Shown piece after piece: positions 31,901-38,431 of a stretch of DNA of 57,564 nucleotides. The notes beneath the pieces are model-generated. The model searched no databases. It saw only the letters and a list, made by a program, of their open reading frames with translations, and had not been told where the DNA came from. Origin of the DNA: a virus; UHGV virus genome UHGV-0182465, one strand, 5' to 3'. Numbering within the stretch: position 1 is the stretch's first letter; each line of letters starts with the position of its first letter. The position numbers and the translations under genes were made by a program.

Positions 31901-32520
31901 GCCGTTTTGTTATTATTCTTATTCTCAGTCAGACGGCGAACGCGGATCTGCCAGCCGGAGTTTGCCCGCGGCAAATCGATGCGGTAGCTGCGCTCATAGC
32001 CAGTGTTAGCTATGCCATCGACGGTATCGCGGCCATATTCGGTATACGTGCTGCCGTCTGTTGAAACATCGATGGCGAACTCAATGCGGTAACCATCTTT
32101 GCCACCGCTGTCACGCAGGCTGTAGACCCCGTTCGGAAATTTAATACGCAGGCGAACAGCCGACAGCTGCGTGTTGTTGATCGCCTTTACCCACGGGGTG
32201 CCAGACTTGATTTCCGTGCTGACGCTGATTTCGTTTTCGACCGCCGGGAAACCCTGAATGTAATCCTGGTCAACCAGACCACTGCGCCACTCCCACGTCA
32301 CGCCCGGAAAATTTTCATGGCCATCGGCATCGAGCAACGGCGTACCGTCGAGGCAAATATCCTGACCGGTAAACTGACCGGCAATTTGACCTTCTGACAG
32401 TGCCAGCAAGATTTTCATATAGGCGACCGAGGCAATTTCCGTCCCGCGATTCTGCCCGTTATCCTTGCTACCACCGTTATTTTTAGCGCCAGCGATTCCT
32501 TTTATTTCAGCCATTCTCAA
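19924..32520 (-). CDS. J: Giant J-like central tail fibre / host-specificity protein of 4,198 aa, with a ~3,100-aa insertion of repeated coiled-coil and jelly-roll (CBM-like) modules inside a lambda J framework
   Basis: Residues 1 to ~820 are colinear with lambda J, for example LRYPNTALLFVQFD...IRVPSNYDPVERTYSGSWDGTFKWAWSNNPAWIFYD versus lambda CYPNTALVGVQVD...LQVPSNYNPQTRQYSGIWDGTFKPAYSNNMAWCLWD. The last ~330 aa match the J C-terminus, with VAAANRIAFID-like and GTLRAEKIVGDIV-like blocks. The middle holds at least 7 modules beginning N(L/P)IPNP(T/S)F(D/E)...GW and ending ...YFDDFxVTDVTD, separated by SKKADATAL...LT..V.. heptad stretches. Confidence 0.8.
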   Translation of the reverse strand: MRMAEIKGIAGAKNNGGSKDNGQNRGTEIASVAYMKILLALSEGQIAGQFTGQDICLDGTPLLDADGHENFPGVTWEWRSGLVDQDYIQGFPAVENEISVSTEIKSGTPWVKAINNTQLSAVRLRIKFPNGVYSLRDSGGKDGYRIEFAIDVSTDGSTYTEYGRDTVDGIANTGYERSYRIDLPRANSGWQIRVRRLTENKNNNKTADVSRIESITEIVDAKLRYPNTALLFVQFDSTLFDGRTPTVTVKAKGLVIRVPSNYDPVERTYSGSWDGTFKWAWSNNPAWIFYDLVLNKRYGLGKRISSDQVDKWTLYQIGQYCDAPVSDGAGGKEARYLCDLYISQRTDAWTVLMDLANIFRGMISWSNNLLSVDADMPREMDPDFVFNKSNIVGSFTFSSTSERTNYSAAIVTYSNPQNNYQDDQASVYSQEVADRFGFNTIELSRIGCTRESEAQRHGAYAIETNRDDNGVEFKTGMEGRIPRVGKVIGINNAPMAGRQNGGRVAAVSGKRITLDRAVAAKAGDTLIINLPDGKSQGRKVQGVQDRIVTVEQEYNPAPQAEAGWILDQSDLAIQQFRVKRVVNNNDGTVTINGLPYNPNKFPRVDDGAVIEDRPVTVVPPRGQEAPDDITISSLYRVSQGIGITTLVATWSPVKNAIAYEMQWRQNNGDWINLPRTGNTRFEVDGIYTGRYVVRVRAINAQDIASVWGISKETELTGKSGAPLPPLALATRSLVHGVQVSWEFPTGSGDTLRTELQYSKNQDGSAPMLLSDVAYPGKSYQQMGLSMGAEFWYRARLVDRLGNESPWTNWVQGMASDNFDDYYEKLTEAVKGTEAWKETERTISETQEGIRNTQQELEQTAEALRKEAEDQAKQVSQDIDASAKNITADVDGKISAVNKTITDEITSVNEALDSGLAQANKGVQEAKSAVADANKQIATVNKSLTDSITQVRQSVTDTAAEINATIDLEIARVSKTLADGDAALNAQIKTAENGLKQSLSQVNTTLTNAVKQETADRIADVNAKAAQAADELLAATQGIEASIESLTQVMKTADENLAREMSSLAAGANIQFDSQVIWHFNNQTTEGWTGSAGVPGVSQDGWLRPADSATDPYITSPGGLAVDGAAYRFIMLRFRKTGKPVWAGEIRWVSAGENFNNTKRYIVAEPEYADGVATLTVRDIPWTGNIDRIRLDLTNQQDASNFIEFDWIAVGRPAPGASTAALQDVRSTLSNALTAEAQARSTLAAQMRGSYDGSDLEKVTSGLLYQEKTARVTAISAEVKARESLQTQFNDNKAAVSGELSSLTTEQSAQASRIGGLETSLGKKADAAALTSLTQKVEQQGATLTSQGAALTSLTNRVGQTETGLAGTNEALSGLQSVVTRQGDRITSQGQSITKLTSDLGTTNAALAKKAEAAAVTALTQQVEQNGQDIRSNTDSITSLSNQLVNGQPNRWSRRLYPVQLATAGTVPSFSDVRAVAPTVVDEVADAAKLDFTSAGSYLIALYSCQVKVAADTTITLAPGARVFDDTGAIFVNGVQVAWGNASWNTVSFELKAGWNTVEFLVNQWTGQAYINLGLKLSDKVAEMYSGLGVSALANAAGVLSSNVSQIGNDVVSNSQNITQLRNALTQTDANVASKADQTAMNSLTGRVEKTESGLTAANANITSLKSAVRAGNASGGDLIPNPTFDPAYDQMGFSVVATTAEEVPPGCPYGYAARIASRDHHPNFAAFPATLNDVIEISALVACGAGTANFNLYVGTAVRPDTSTGAPLMAGGGKSPSATWQRTTWRFKVTQAMVDRGYIRPFLQISQNSPYGTVWFVTDWHMRNVTAAQKVQDTADATAAAVDSLTTTVTQQGNLLTSTGNRTTQLENGLATTNAAVAKKADATAVQDLTNTVTQLGNDLTAANSAITKLTGNLANTDKALAQKADATALATLDTKVTQQGKTLESQSNSLTNLSNSLSQVAADIDASGQIPGNLVVNPSFERGLDGYTGRSTATSVVEVSVPHSGTRALKVDPGNVTPGQYIPFVQGRTYEIGVWVKEPGATTDNGAGNNKLRIGNSAGQPVFERPYNSGKVGTNWTLISGRWKATETASLPVTLSNYLISGSRYFDDFYVTDVTDRVDIDATAGAVTGLTSRVSTAEGAITSQSQQLTNLQNSLNTTNSNVSKKADATALTSVDNRVTEAEGKLTTQSQQLTNLANVLTATRNAGDNLIPNFDFLQGSTAWDIQYPAGVTFGDFGDGKAGVRLNRTTTTSPGIFSNNNKPVPLNGQRKYRVVVKAKGVSGAMSLLIRRQNKIGQTDSTYEDKTVTLTTDWQTITWETGLTAAGADGQNFKLYSHPTNGEIWLDSVRVFDITDETNIKATSDAVSSLTGTVTNQGNTLTSQGQSITALNNALEGVKGDVAKKADASAVSSLTNRVTQTEKDIRSQADSLTSLNTSLKQQATRGANVLPDGSFESYAVGDVLSNARAVITSEAAHSGTKSLRVTRSTEYNPNATDNNDTHIFSGMQVRDNAVYYVEAWVKLPAGSTADPTVYMVLGFSFQDSANGWSWPGLNVKVSELSVDNWTKVSGYLTNNRTALKQAMVRISIPNTPKVRLGDAFLIDDLIITDVTDAKAALDAADANAQALSSLSASVTQNGKNITSQGSAITKLQSDVTQLGKDISGKADASALTNLTTRVTATEGSLRSQGDSLTSLQNSLNTTNSNVAKKADATALQSLQNTVEQHGRDLTTQSSALTNLENNFSSLAVGGTNLIRNANTLEGWSSRHATETYLGDRVAYTRLAKGASGYTQLDEQTLDVTGRTEFVFSFYAKGAYDGQEMASYFYNPSNTTTTETSQGVKGGAGDGKAVTKLTTAWARYWVKWVIPATSGTKRLIAARLESATSADKEVWLCRPQLETGTVMTDWSPSPDDAASGITANTSAINSLTSRVTNAEGQLTAQSQSITNLQNSLNTTNNNVAQKASAQSVSDLTSRVTSAEGKITSQGQAITKLQGDLSSTTDKVNTKADQTALNALTGRVEKTEAGLTAANSNIVSLTAAVNAGNAAGDDYIPNPSFDPAYDRMGYDVVETTAAGVPADCPFRYAVRLAGRDHVPKINNIAVTPGDVFEMSALVACGTGSADFNFYIGRATTATGGIEAKASGGNTKTTTAWKRATWRFTVPSDTSLLRPFLQVNQSSPFGTVWYAADWHMRNVTAANSAQKTADATAKAVDSLTTTVSQQGDTLSSIGTRTTSLENSLRSTNDTVSKKADTTAVTQLQGKVTQQGNDIAAANSALTKLSSDLATTNANVNKKADASAMNTLQNQVTEQGKTLSAQGDSLTQLSNSLSQTAADIDASGKMPGNLIVNGSFERGAAGFTGWSSTATVADLQVPHSGNKALKMSAGQSNLVGQEISITQGRTYRMGVWAKQDPGTTIKDAGNTKFRVADSTGLLVGSNYGPFSSGWQLVTFDWKATKTTTASFQLTTFLSAGAMYFDDFHVLDVTDEKDIAANAGAISQMNTRVTAAEGAITTQAQQLTKLSGDLAVTNAAVSQKAEQSAVTGLTTRMTSAEGKLDSQSQQLTSLQNSLTTMNTELGKKADTSAVSSLTGRVSQVENTITSQSQSITSLTSTINTIRTQGANPWVDGTFESYSDGQVLGGNGTAVVVVSQKFTGGKSLKLRRDENNSGNSDKQLGTWQSVREDAKFRFEFWAMMPADQAPSSGWTTLVGIQSQNAAGQNAWQAAVTVSEASLGARDKWVKFTGIASNNGAGRTRAVVWISTRGATGNGTPGYSLYIDDLVITDVTDAKAAQDASDATASAVSGLTARVTDAEGKITAQAQQQTALATKVDNANSRVDNMAKTLSDSQSTQASLNTSLQSQIDAQAAANIKNQTTLDNTIKSVASITSTQQTHATALEALATQQTTLTSSVGDLSASVQNTAKTVADVNGTVSSLWSMKVETVNGKNVGAGITLGSNGETSDMILYADRFSLFNRNNATAVPVMIAEGNELYIDTARIKNSSLTSTKIADGSITNAKIGNEIRSNNFVDGSQGWRIAKDGSSQFNNVIVRGRVEANSGVFRGTVQADAFIGDIAVAKGYDSLTFRRNQTVQRNGAYQNRGYSMTVVLACTLVCQTYGTGSGLGYTSDITFNIGGQEVTRRIFVDAGNITAGTTAFELRFAARLDADYNNVGFFIKATGRNAAIDYTCTVENITATAFRTDSSSFS

Positions 32521-32571
32521 ACTCCGGGCAAAAAAAATCCCGCCGTGGCGGGAAGGGTAAAATGCATTTTT

Positions 32572-33171
32572 TTATTGCTGTTCTTCGGTATAAATACCGC
32601 CACTGATAATGACGCCGCCTATTTCACGCAGGCCATACAAGATCGGTACACCGTTGCCGGCAGCGACCTGATTAGCAGGCGCACCAAATGAGTACGATTT
32701 TTTCGTATCCCGATCCGTTGTCATACCCTGGGTACCGCTGGGCGCCAGCATTTGTACAACGCCGCCCAGCATCATCGCCGCCCCCATTTTGTAGAGGAAC
32801 GGCGAGGCAGCAGCGGCAGGGGTAAAACTCAGCACCATACCAACGGCAACGAGTACGGCACCAAAGATGGTCTGGAACACCCCTGCTTTTTTGCTGCCAA
32901 TAATCACAGGCGCAATTTTGATTACGTCATGCACACCATTCAGAAACAGGTCATCCTGGCTCAGGTTTTTTTCACCGTTAAAGACCATGTACGTGACTCC
33001 ACGTCCCTCGCTGGTCTCCAGCCATCGTTCCAGTCCTGGAACCATGATGCACAGCGCGCGGATAGCCTCCCGTACAGAAGATACCGACAGGCGATGCTCC
33101 CGGCCGAACAACTTGCCCAGCTTGCCGTACAGGCGAACCAGAACCATTTTCTCTATCGTATTAGTCGTCAT
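32572..33171 (-). CDS. I: Tail assembly protein I-like
   Basis: C-terminus GGVVQMLAP...NQVAAGNGVPILYGLREIGGVIIS matches lambda I GGVVQMLAPK...NMVAQGNVLPVLYGEMRVGSRVVS. Confidence 0.7.
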   Translation of the reverse strand: MTTNTIEKMVLVRLYGKLGKLFGREHRLSVSSVREAIRALCIMVPGLERWLETSEGRGVTYMVFNGEKNLSQDDLFLNGVHDVIKIAPVIIGSKKAGVFQTIFGAVLVAVGMVLSFTPAAAASPFLYKMGAAMMLGGVVQMLAPSGTQGMTTDRDTKKSYSFGAPANQVAAGNGVPILYGLREIGGVIISGGIYTEEQQ

Positions 33172-33868
33172 TTTTATGCCTCAGCGTCAGCATGGTTCGC
33201 TCCCGCCAGATCCCACCGTATGGAACCTCACCACTCAGCTGGCCATACATGTGGTGCAACATTTTTCCGTTGCCCAGGTAAATGCCGGCGTGGTTGATTT
33301 CGTCCGCTCTGTACTGCATGAGGATCACATCGCCTGCCTGCAACTCGCTGGCGTGAGAATAAAACCCGGCCTCCGCATAGTGCCGTACATACAGGTTTTC
33401 CCCCCGGGTCCACCAGTTGTCCTCTCTGGGAAAATCAGGCAGTTCGATACCACGCTCCTGCATATACCAGTCGCGGACCAGTCCGTAGCAATCCCAGCTA
33501 CCGTGGATAAACGGACGGTTCAGAAGAGGCGGGGAATCATCCGGCGTCGTGACGGTGTAGTCGCCTCCTGGCCAGCTGATAATGATCCACGGCAGACCTG
33601 TTTTCTGGCAGCCCTGCAGGTCCTCGGCGGATGCGTGCGGACCGGCATCCGGATGCGAATGCACCACGGCCAGCACGTCGCCGGCATCCTCTGCGGCAAT
33701 CCAGTCACCGGCGGCGATCCGAAAATGCTCCGTCGGCATTTCATGACTGTTTTCGCAGCGAATATATCGGCGCTGCCGCCCGCCCCGGGTAATCAGGCCA
33801 CAGCATTCGTTCGGGTAAACATCCGCGGCGTGCGCCTCAATAGCGGTTTTCAGTCTCTGGCTCAGCAT
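33161..33868 (-). CDS. K: Tail assembly protein K-like (JAB/MPN plus NlpC/P60)
   Basis: EAHAADVYPNECCGLI and HSHP JAMM motifs, and a C-terminal NlpC/P60-like region. Lambda K position. Confidence 0.75.
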   Translation of the reverse strand: MLSQRLKTAIEAHAADVYPNECCGLITRGGRQRRYIRCENSHEMPTEHFRIAAGDWIAAEDAGDVLAVVHSHPDAGPHASAEDLQGCQKTGLPWIIISWPGGDYTVTTPDDSPPLLNRPFIHGSWDCYGLVRDWYMQERGIELPDFPREDNWWTRGENLYVRHYAEAGFYSHASELQAGDVILMQYRADEINHAGIYLGNGKMLHHMYGQLSGEVPYGGIWRERTMLTLRHKNDD

Positions 33869-33870
33869 GA

Positions 33871-34620
33871 CTACATCCTCAGCAGACCAATAGCCGGGAA
33901 TCCGCCAAACGGCAGCATGGCATCATCACCAAAACGTAACTTACAGCCCGCGACCGTTCCCGGGCAGACGTCCAGTGCCGGGTTGTCTACCGGATTGCCG
34001 AATTTGTCGTAATAACGCGTGCCGGTATAGCCGCAGTCAGCACCACGGTACTGGCCCTGCATGCACCAGGCACAACGGTTGGTCATCTGGCGTGCAGGCA
34101 ACTTCTGTCCGGTAACATCCACCGGCGAGCTAAGCTTGAACTGGACCTGTTCATCGTCATCGCTGGATTTACTGTCAATGTAAAAAACATCAATCTGCTC
34201 TGCTGTCGGGTCAGCCTGTGGGTTGCCGCCAGGGAAGTTCCTGGCATCGAGATAGTGCGCATACGTGCGGTGAACCGTTACCTTCGCCTGCTTCATATCC
34301 TGGAACATGTGGCATAACGCACTGATTGAGCCATCCAGGTTCGCAATGGACAGCCTGGGGGAAGCTGGCGAACCTTCACCGTTGGACTCAACGTCCTCGA
34401 TCTCACATGGCCAGAGCGTATATTTCACGCCCTGCCAGTAAATCGGTTTGCCCGTCAGCTTTTCCGCATCGCTGCCAGCGGCGATAATTTCTTCTTCGGT
34501 ATACGGAATAGCGTGGTTGTGAAAATACAGTACGTCTGCACCAAAAGTGGTGCCATCCACTTCGAACAGAGTGATGACGTTACCGGGTTCCAGTTTTTGA
34601 TCGTCGGCTGCAATGCCCAT
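33871..34620 (-). CDS. L: Minor tail protein L-like; start taken at the internal ATG 34620 rather than the ORF-track start
   Basis: CxxC...C cluster CAWCMQGQYRGADCGYTG...CPGTVAGCKLRF as in the lambda L C-terminus. The RBS-proximal ATG at 34620 gives a lambda-L-sized product of 250 aa. Confidence 0.7.
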   Translation of the reverse strand: MGIAADDQKLEPGNVITLFEVDGTTFGADVLYFHNHAIPYTEEEIIAAGSDAEKLTGKPIYWQGVKYTLWPCEIEDVESNGEGSPASPRLSIANLDGSISALCHMFQDMKQAKVTVHRTYAHYLDARNFPGGNPQADPTAEQIDVFYIDSKSSDDDEQVQFKLSSPVDVTGQKLPARQMTNRCAWCMQGQYRGADCGYTGTRYYDKFGNPVDNPALDVCPGTVAGCKLRFGDDAMLPFGGFPAIGLLRM

Positions 34621-34649
34621 AATGTCCTCGCTGCAGGACCGTAGTCCCA

Positions 34650-34676
34650 ATAATAAAAAACCCCGCTGAGCGGGGT
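34650..34676 (-). terminator. Rho-independent terminator immediately after the moron gene 34713..35078, inside the tail operon
   Basis: Minus strand: CCCCGCTCAGCGGGG followed by TTTTTTATTATT. Confidence 0.5.
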
Positions 34677-34712
34677 TAATTTGATGGTGTAGGTGCCGGA
34701 CGGCACGGAAGG

Positions 34713-35078
34713 TTAACCGGGAAAGTGGTAGCCGGCATCGGTGCAAATTGGCATCATCAGTTCGGCTATATCATCACTGTCAATAGATACTCCAGCCCCA
34801 ATGATTTTCCCTTGACTATCACGTTTAACGCCTGCAAACAGAAGCGCTTTCCCTGCGTAACCTCCATAGGAATTTTTGGCGTTAATTTGAGCGCAATAAA
34901 CACCCCCACCCATATCCGGTTGCCAATAAATTTTGGCGCTATCCGGATCTTTCAGCTTCTGCTTCGCAGACTCTTCGATGACCTTTTTTTCCGACGCCGT
35001 TAACTCACGTGCTGCCGCTGTACCGGAAAAAAGAAGGGCGATGCTGGCCAGCGCCAGTACCATTTTTTGCATTATCAT
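34713..35078 (-). CDS. Secreted periplasmic protein (moron) inserted between tail genes M and L
   Basis: Signal peptide MIMQKMVLALASIALLFSGTAAA|RE. It has its own terminator, and the position is not conserved in lambda. Confidence 0.5.
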   Translation of the reverse strand: MIMQKMVLALASIALLFSGTAAARELTASEKKVIEESAKQKLKDPDSAKIYWQPDMGGGVYCAQINAKNSYGGYAGKALLFAGVKRDSQGKIIGAGVSIDSDDIAELMMPICTDAGYHFPG

Positions 35079-35084
35079 TCTCCA

Positions 35085-35435
35085 TTATATCGGTGCGGCT
35101 CTGTATGCCGTCACAAACGTAACAGTAACGGTCATGCGCGCAAAATCAAGCAGTTGAGGCTTTATCTGTGTCGCACGGTATAGCCCCCGCTCGCCCAGCG
35201 GATTAACCCATATAAATGCACGTGTCTCGCCATGACGGCGCAAAAACTGCAGGATCGGCATGACCACCTCCCTGTAGTCGGTAAATGTCAGCGGCCATGA
35301 TTGCGATTCAGGATTAATACCATCACCAGTGACCTGCTCATAACCATCACCATATTTCACGGACCTCGTCGCATATTTAATATCCGCAGTGGGACCATTC
35401 AGCGGCGACCAGTCGAAGGTTTCCAGTGCGGCCAT
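35085..35435 (-). CDS. M: Minor tail protein M-like
   Basis: 116 aa, lambda M-like length and position. GDGY...Q motif (KYGDGYEQVTGDG versus lambda RFGDGYSQRAPAG). Confidence 0.6.
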   Translation of the reverse strand: MAALETFDWSPLNGPTADIKYATRSVKYGDGYEQVTGDGINPESQSWPLTFTDYREVVMPILQFLRRHGETRAFIWVNPLGERGLYRATQIKPQLLDFARMTVTVTFVTAYRAAPI

Positions 35436-38431
35436 TAGCGCATGCTCCTCAGTTTCACATCGATCATCCCACCGTTACCCATCTCCTTATCCAGGGTGCT
35501 CAAAACTATCTGAACGATTTGTTGCTTCATCTGAGCGATACCACTCTCTGACCGCTTCCCGGACTGATCCGGATTACCGTTACTATTGACCACCTGTAGC
35601 GGGATATTAACCGTTATCCCACCGGCTGCGCGCTGGCTCTCACCACTCATTGGAAGCGGCCCGCTCGGCGCGCCAGCCAGCCCTCCATTGGCGTAGCCAC
35701 TGCCGTAAGTTAACTGGTTCAGAAAGCTGAGCATGCCTGGCCTTTTAACCACCTCCTGCGGCACAACCCACTCACCACGGTGGACTGGCCCGGCAACCTC
35801 ATACTTCCCGCCATCACCGGTATACCCGCCGCCGGAGAACCCAGACAGAAACCCGCCAAAATCCGCGAGGATGCCAATCCCGGACCCCGACATAGCTGAG
35901 CCTGCAGATCGGATAGACTGAAAAAAGAGCATTTTTGTTATCATTTGCCCAATATCGTCAATGATAGACAGCGCCATCTCCTTGAATGACGATTTCCCCC
36001 GCGACGCCATTTGCCAGATAGAATTGGCCATGCCGTCCATTGCATTGACGGAGGTGTCACGAACCTGGGCATAAATGTTGGTTGCATCGGCGCCCCATTC
36101 ACGCAGCCCGGCGCGTAACCCCTCGGTCCAGGAACCCTCAACCTGCGCTTTATCCCGGGCACCATTGCGAACGATACTCAGTTGCTTTTGTTCTTCTGCA
36201 TTAAGAAGGCGTGTTCGTTCTTGAAAAGCAGCCTCATCAGCTGGTTTGATTGTTTTCTCTGCATCCTCACGCAGCTTCGCGAATTTCGACCTGACCTGCT
36301 GCTCCTTCGCCATCTGGTCATAGGCAGCGCTGCTCATCGTCATCCTGGCCACGTTGGCATCCATCTCGGCCTGTAGCTGAATGGTTGAGCGGTGCAGCTC
36401 ATTATTCTCCTGTTGCATTTTCAGCGACAGCTGGCGCTGCACGTTCGCCTTCTCCAGCTGTACGTTGATGCTCAGCTGAGCGCGCAGCTCCTGCTCAGCA
36501 TTGAGAATGCTGCGCTGCCCGGCGGTCAGGATTTTTTTTGCCTTGAGATCGGCGATCTCCTGGTTGAACTGCAGCAGCTTTCGCTCTGAACCGGTCAGGT
36601 TAACGGTCTGCTGGTTTTGCTGACGAAGAACCGATTCCTGCTCGCGCAGACTCTGCAGACGCTGGGTGGCCTGGTCATCTTTGTACGCCGCCGGTTTCTT
36701 CTGCTTCTCCCCGTACAATTTATCTATACCGCGTAACGCCTGCGCGTACTCTTCCGTTCCTTTCTTGAGAGTGCGATTGAGAACCGCCAGTGCATCGGCG
36801 CGCTGCTTCTCTTTTGTCACGCCAGCAGCCATCAGTCCCTGAACGGTATTTTCGGCCTTCAGGCGATCAGCTGTATCTTTCCGCAGCTTCTCTTGATCCT
36901 TCCGCAGCCTTTCCACCTCTTCGCGCTGTTTTATCGCCGGGTCCGGGCTGGGTGTCAGGTTTATTCCCAATGCTGACGCCTGCGCCTGGGCTGTGGCCAT
37001 CTGGGCGTCACCCATTGTTTTAAACGCGCTGCTGACATAATCCTTCAGCGATTTCCAGGCCCCTTTCAGCCCGTCAACCTTATCTTCCTGATCCTTTATC
37101 TGCTTTTCCAGCTCGGCCATCGCCTGCTTTTGCAGGAGCGCCGTAGCCTCACTTTCCCTGCCCTGGCGCTGCAGCGTGACTATCTGATCGATAAACGTCG
37201 CGTTTAGCTGAATTCCCTGATTGTTCAGCTTCTCCATCGCCTGGACAGGATCGCCCTGCAGATTCGTGAGCATCGAGACCAGATCCCCCGAACTCTGCCC
37301 CAGCTCTTCCATCCGGGCGCCAAGTCCGGCAACACGGTCCAGCATTTCCCCACCGAATCCGGCATTAACAGACGCGGTGATCGCTTTTACGGCACCATCA
37401 GTATCTCCCAGCTGCGACTGCAGGCTCTGGAGATACTGAACCGACATAATCGACTGCTGCCCTGATTTGAATAACGCATTGCTGTAGCCGCTGATAGTTT
37501 CCTGAGACTTTGAAAACGACGAATAGAGCATCGTCACCGCGCCGGCGATCGCCATAATACCGATCCCGACCGGGCCACCGACCAGCGCCAGGGCGCCACG
37601 CAGTGTTCCCGCCGCCGCCGCCGCTGCGCGCTGCCGGAACGTCAGCTCCTGGCTGGCCGTGGCCAGCGTTCGCGTTGAGGTGGTCAGGGTACGCTTGGCG
37701 TCAGACTCAGCGATATCTGCAGCCAGAACCTCTTTTGTGGCTTCTGCCAGGCTCTTTTTCCCGCGTGCCTCAGCTATATTGGCCTCGCTGATGGTGCGGG
37801 CGTTTTTCGCGTGCTCTGCTTCATAGCTGGCCGTGATGCCATACTGCTTATTCACCTCTGCCTGTTTGGCATAATACTCATCCAGCGCAAACGCCTTCTC
37901 GCGCTCCGCCTGCGCCGCCTGAATGGTTTGTACGGCTGCTTTCTGCCGCGCCAGTGCCTCTTCTCGCAGCGTGCGGGCATTGTTGATAGACGCCTGCGCG
38001 CCATCTACCGCCGCCTGCGATGCGGCAATCTGAGCCTGTCGCTGTAGCTCCAGACTTTGGGTGCTACTGGTCAGCGCAGTACTCATACCTTCGGTCAGCG
38101 CCGAGATCGCCGCAGTGGTGAAACTGCTGCCGGTAACGCCACTACCGGCAGACAGATTCGCCAGTACGTTACGCATCTCATCCAGCCCGGTAAGCCGTAG
38201 TGACCCCAGCTTTTCGATACGTTTATCCAGCCTGGAAAATTCAGCATCAGCGGCTTTTACACCTACGCCGATCCCCTTAAAGGCAGCCTCAGTTTTTGCC
38301 GCATCAGCCTGTGCCTTTTTGTTGAACTGCTGTGCGTTGCCATCCGCCTGACGCATTGCGTCAGCGAACTGCGAATTAAACGTCGCACGGTTGAGGTGCA
38401 ATGCGACGGCGAGTGATGCTACATCAGCCAT
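35435..38431 (-). CDS. H: Tail tape-measure protein (H-like), about 998 aa
   Basis: Long Ala/Gln-rich coiled coil with a C-terminal Gly-rich block. The ATG at 38431 is preferred over the TTG at 38437 used by the ORF track, and the G-T stop overlaps it. Confidence 0.8.
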   Translation of the reverse strand: MADVASLAVALHLNRATFNSQFADAMRQADGNAQQFNKKAQADAAKTEAAFKGIGVGVKAADAEFSRLDKRIEKLGSLRLTGLDEMRNVLANLSAGSGVTGSSFTTAAISALTEGMSTALTSSTQSLELQRQAQIAASQAAVDGAQASINNARTLREEALARQKAAVQTIQAAQAEREKAFALDEYYAKQAEVNKQYGITASYEAEHAKNARTISEANIAEARGKKSLAEATKEVLAADIAESDAKRTLTTSTRTLATASQELTFRQRAAAAAAGTLRGALALVGGPVGIGIMAIAGAVTMLYSSFSKSQETISGYSNALFKSGQQSIMSVQYLQSLQSQLGDTDGAVKAITASVNAGFGGEMLDRVAGLGARMEELGQSSGDLVSMLTNLQGDPVQAMEKLNNQGIQLNATFIDQIVTLQRQGRESEATALLQKQAMAELEKQIKDQEDKVDGLKGAWKSLKDYVSSAFKTMGDAQMATAQAQASALGINLTPSPDPAIKQREEVERLRKDQEKLRKDTADRLKAENTVQGLMAAGVTKEKQRADALAVLNRTLKKGTEEYAQALRGIDKLYGEKQKKPAAYKDDQATQRLQSLREQESVLRQQNQQTVNLTGSERKLLQFNQEIADLKAKKILTAGQRSILNAEQELRAQLSINVQLEKANVQRQLSLKMQQENNELHRSTIQLQAEMDANVARMTMSSAAYDQMAKEQQVRSKFAKLREDAEKTIKPADEAAFQERTRLLNAEEQKQLSIVRNGARDKAQVEGSWTEGLRAGLREWGADATNIYAQVRDTSVNAMDGMANSIWQMASRGKSSFKEMALSIIDDIGQMITKMLFFQSIRSAGSAMSGSGIGILADFGGFLSGFSGGGYTGDGGKYEVAGPVHRGEWVVPQEVVKRPGMLSFLNQLTYGSGYANGGLAGAPSGPLPMSGESQRAAGGITVNIPLQVVNSNGNPDQSGKRSESGIAQMKQQIVQIVLSTLDKEMGNGGMIDVKLRSMR

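Noticed and set aside
19924-32520. CRISPR-like periodic repeats
   Set aside because: The periodicity is at the protein-module scale (~450-750 bp), lies within one continuous ORF and lacks short identical repeats separated by unique spacers. It is coding tandem-domain structure, not a CRISPR array.
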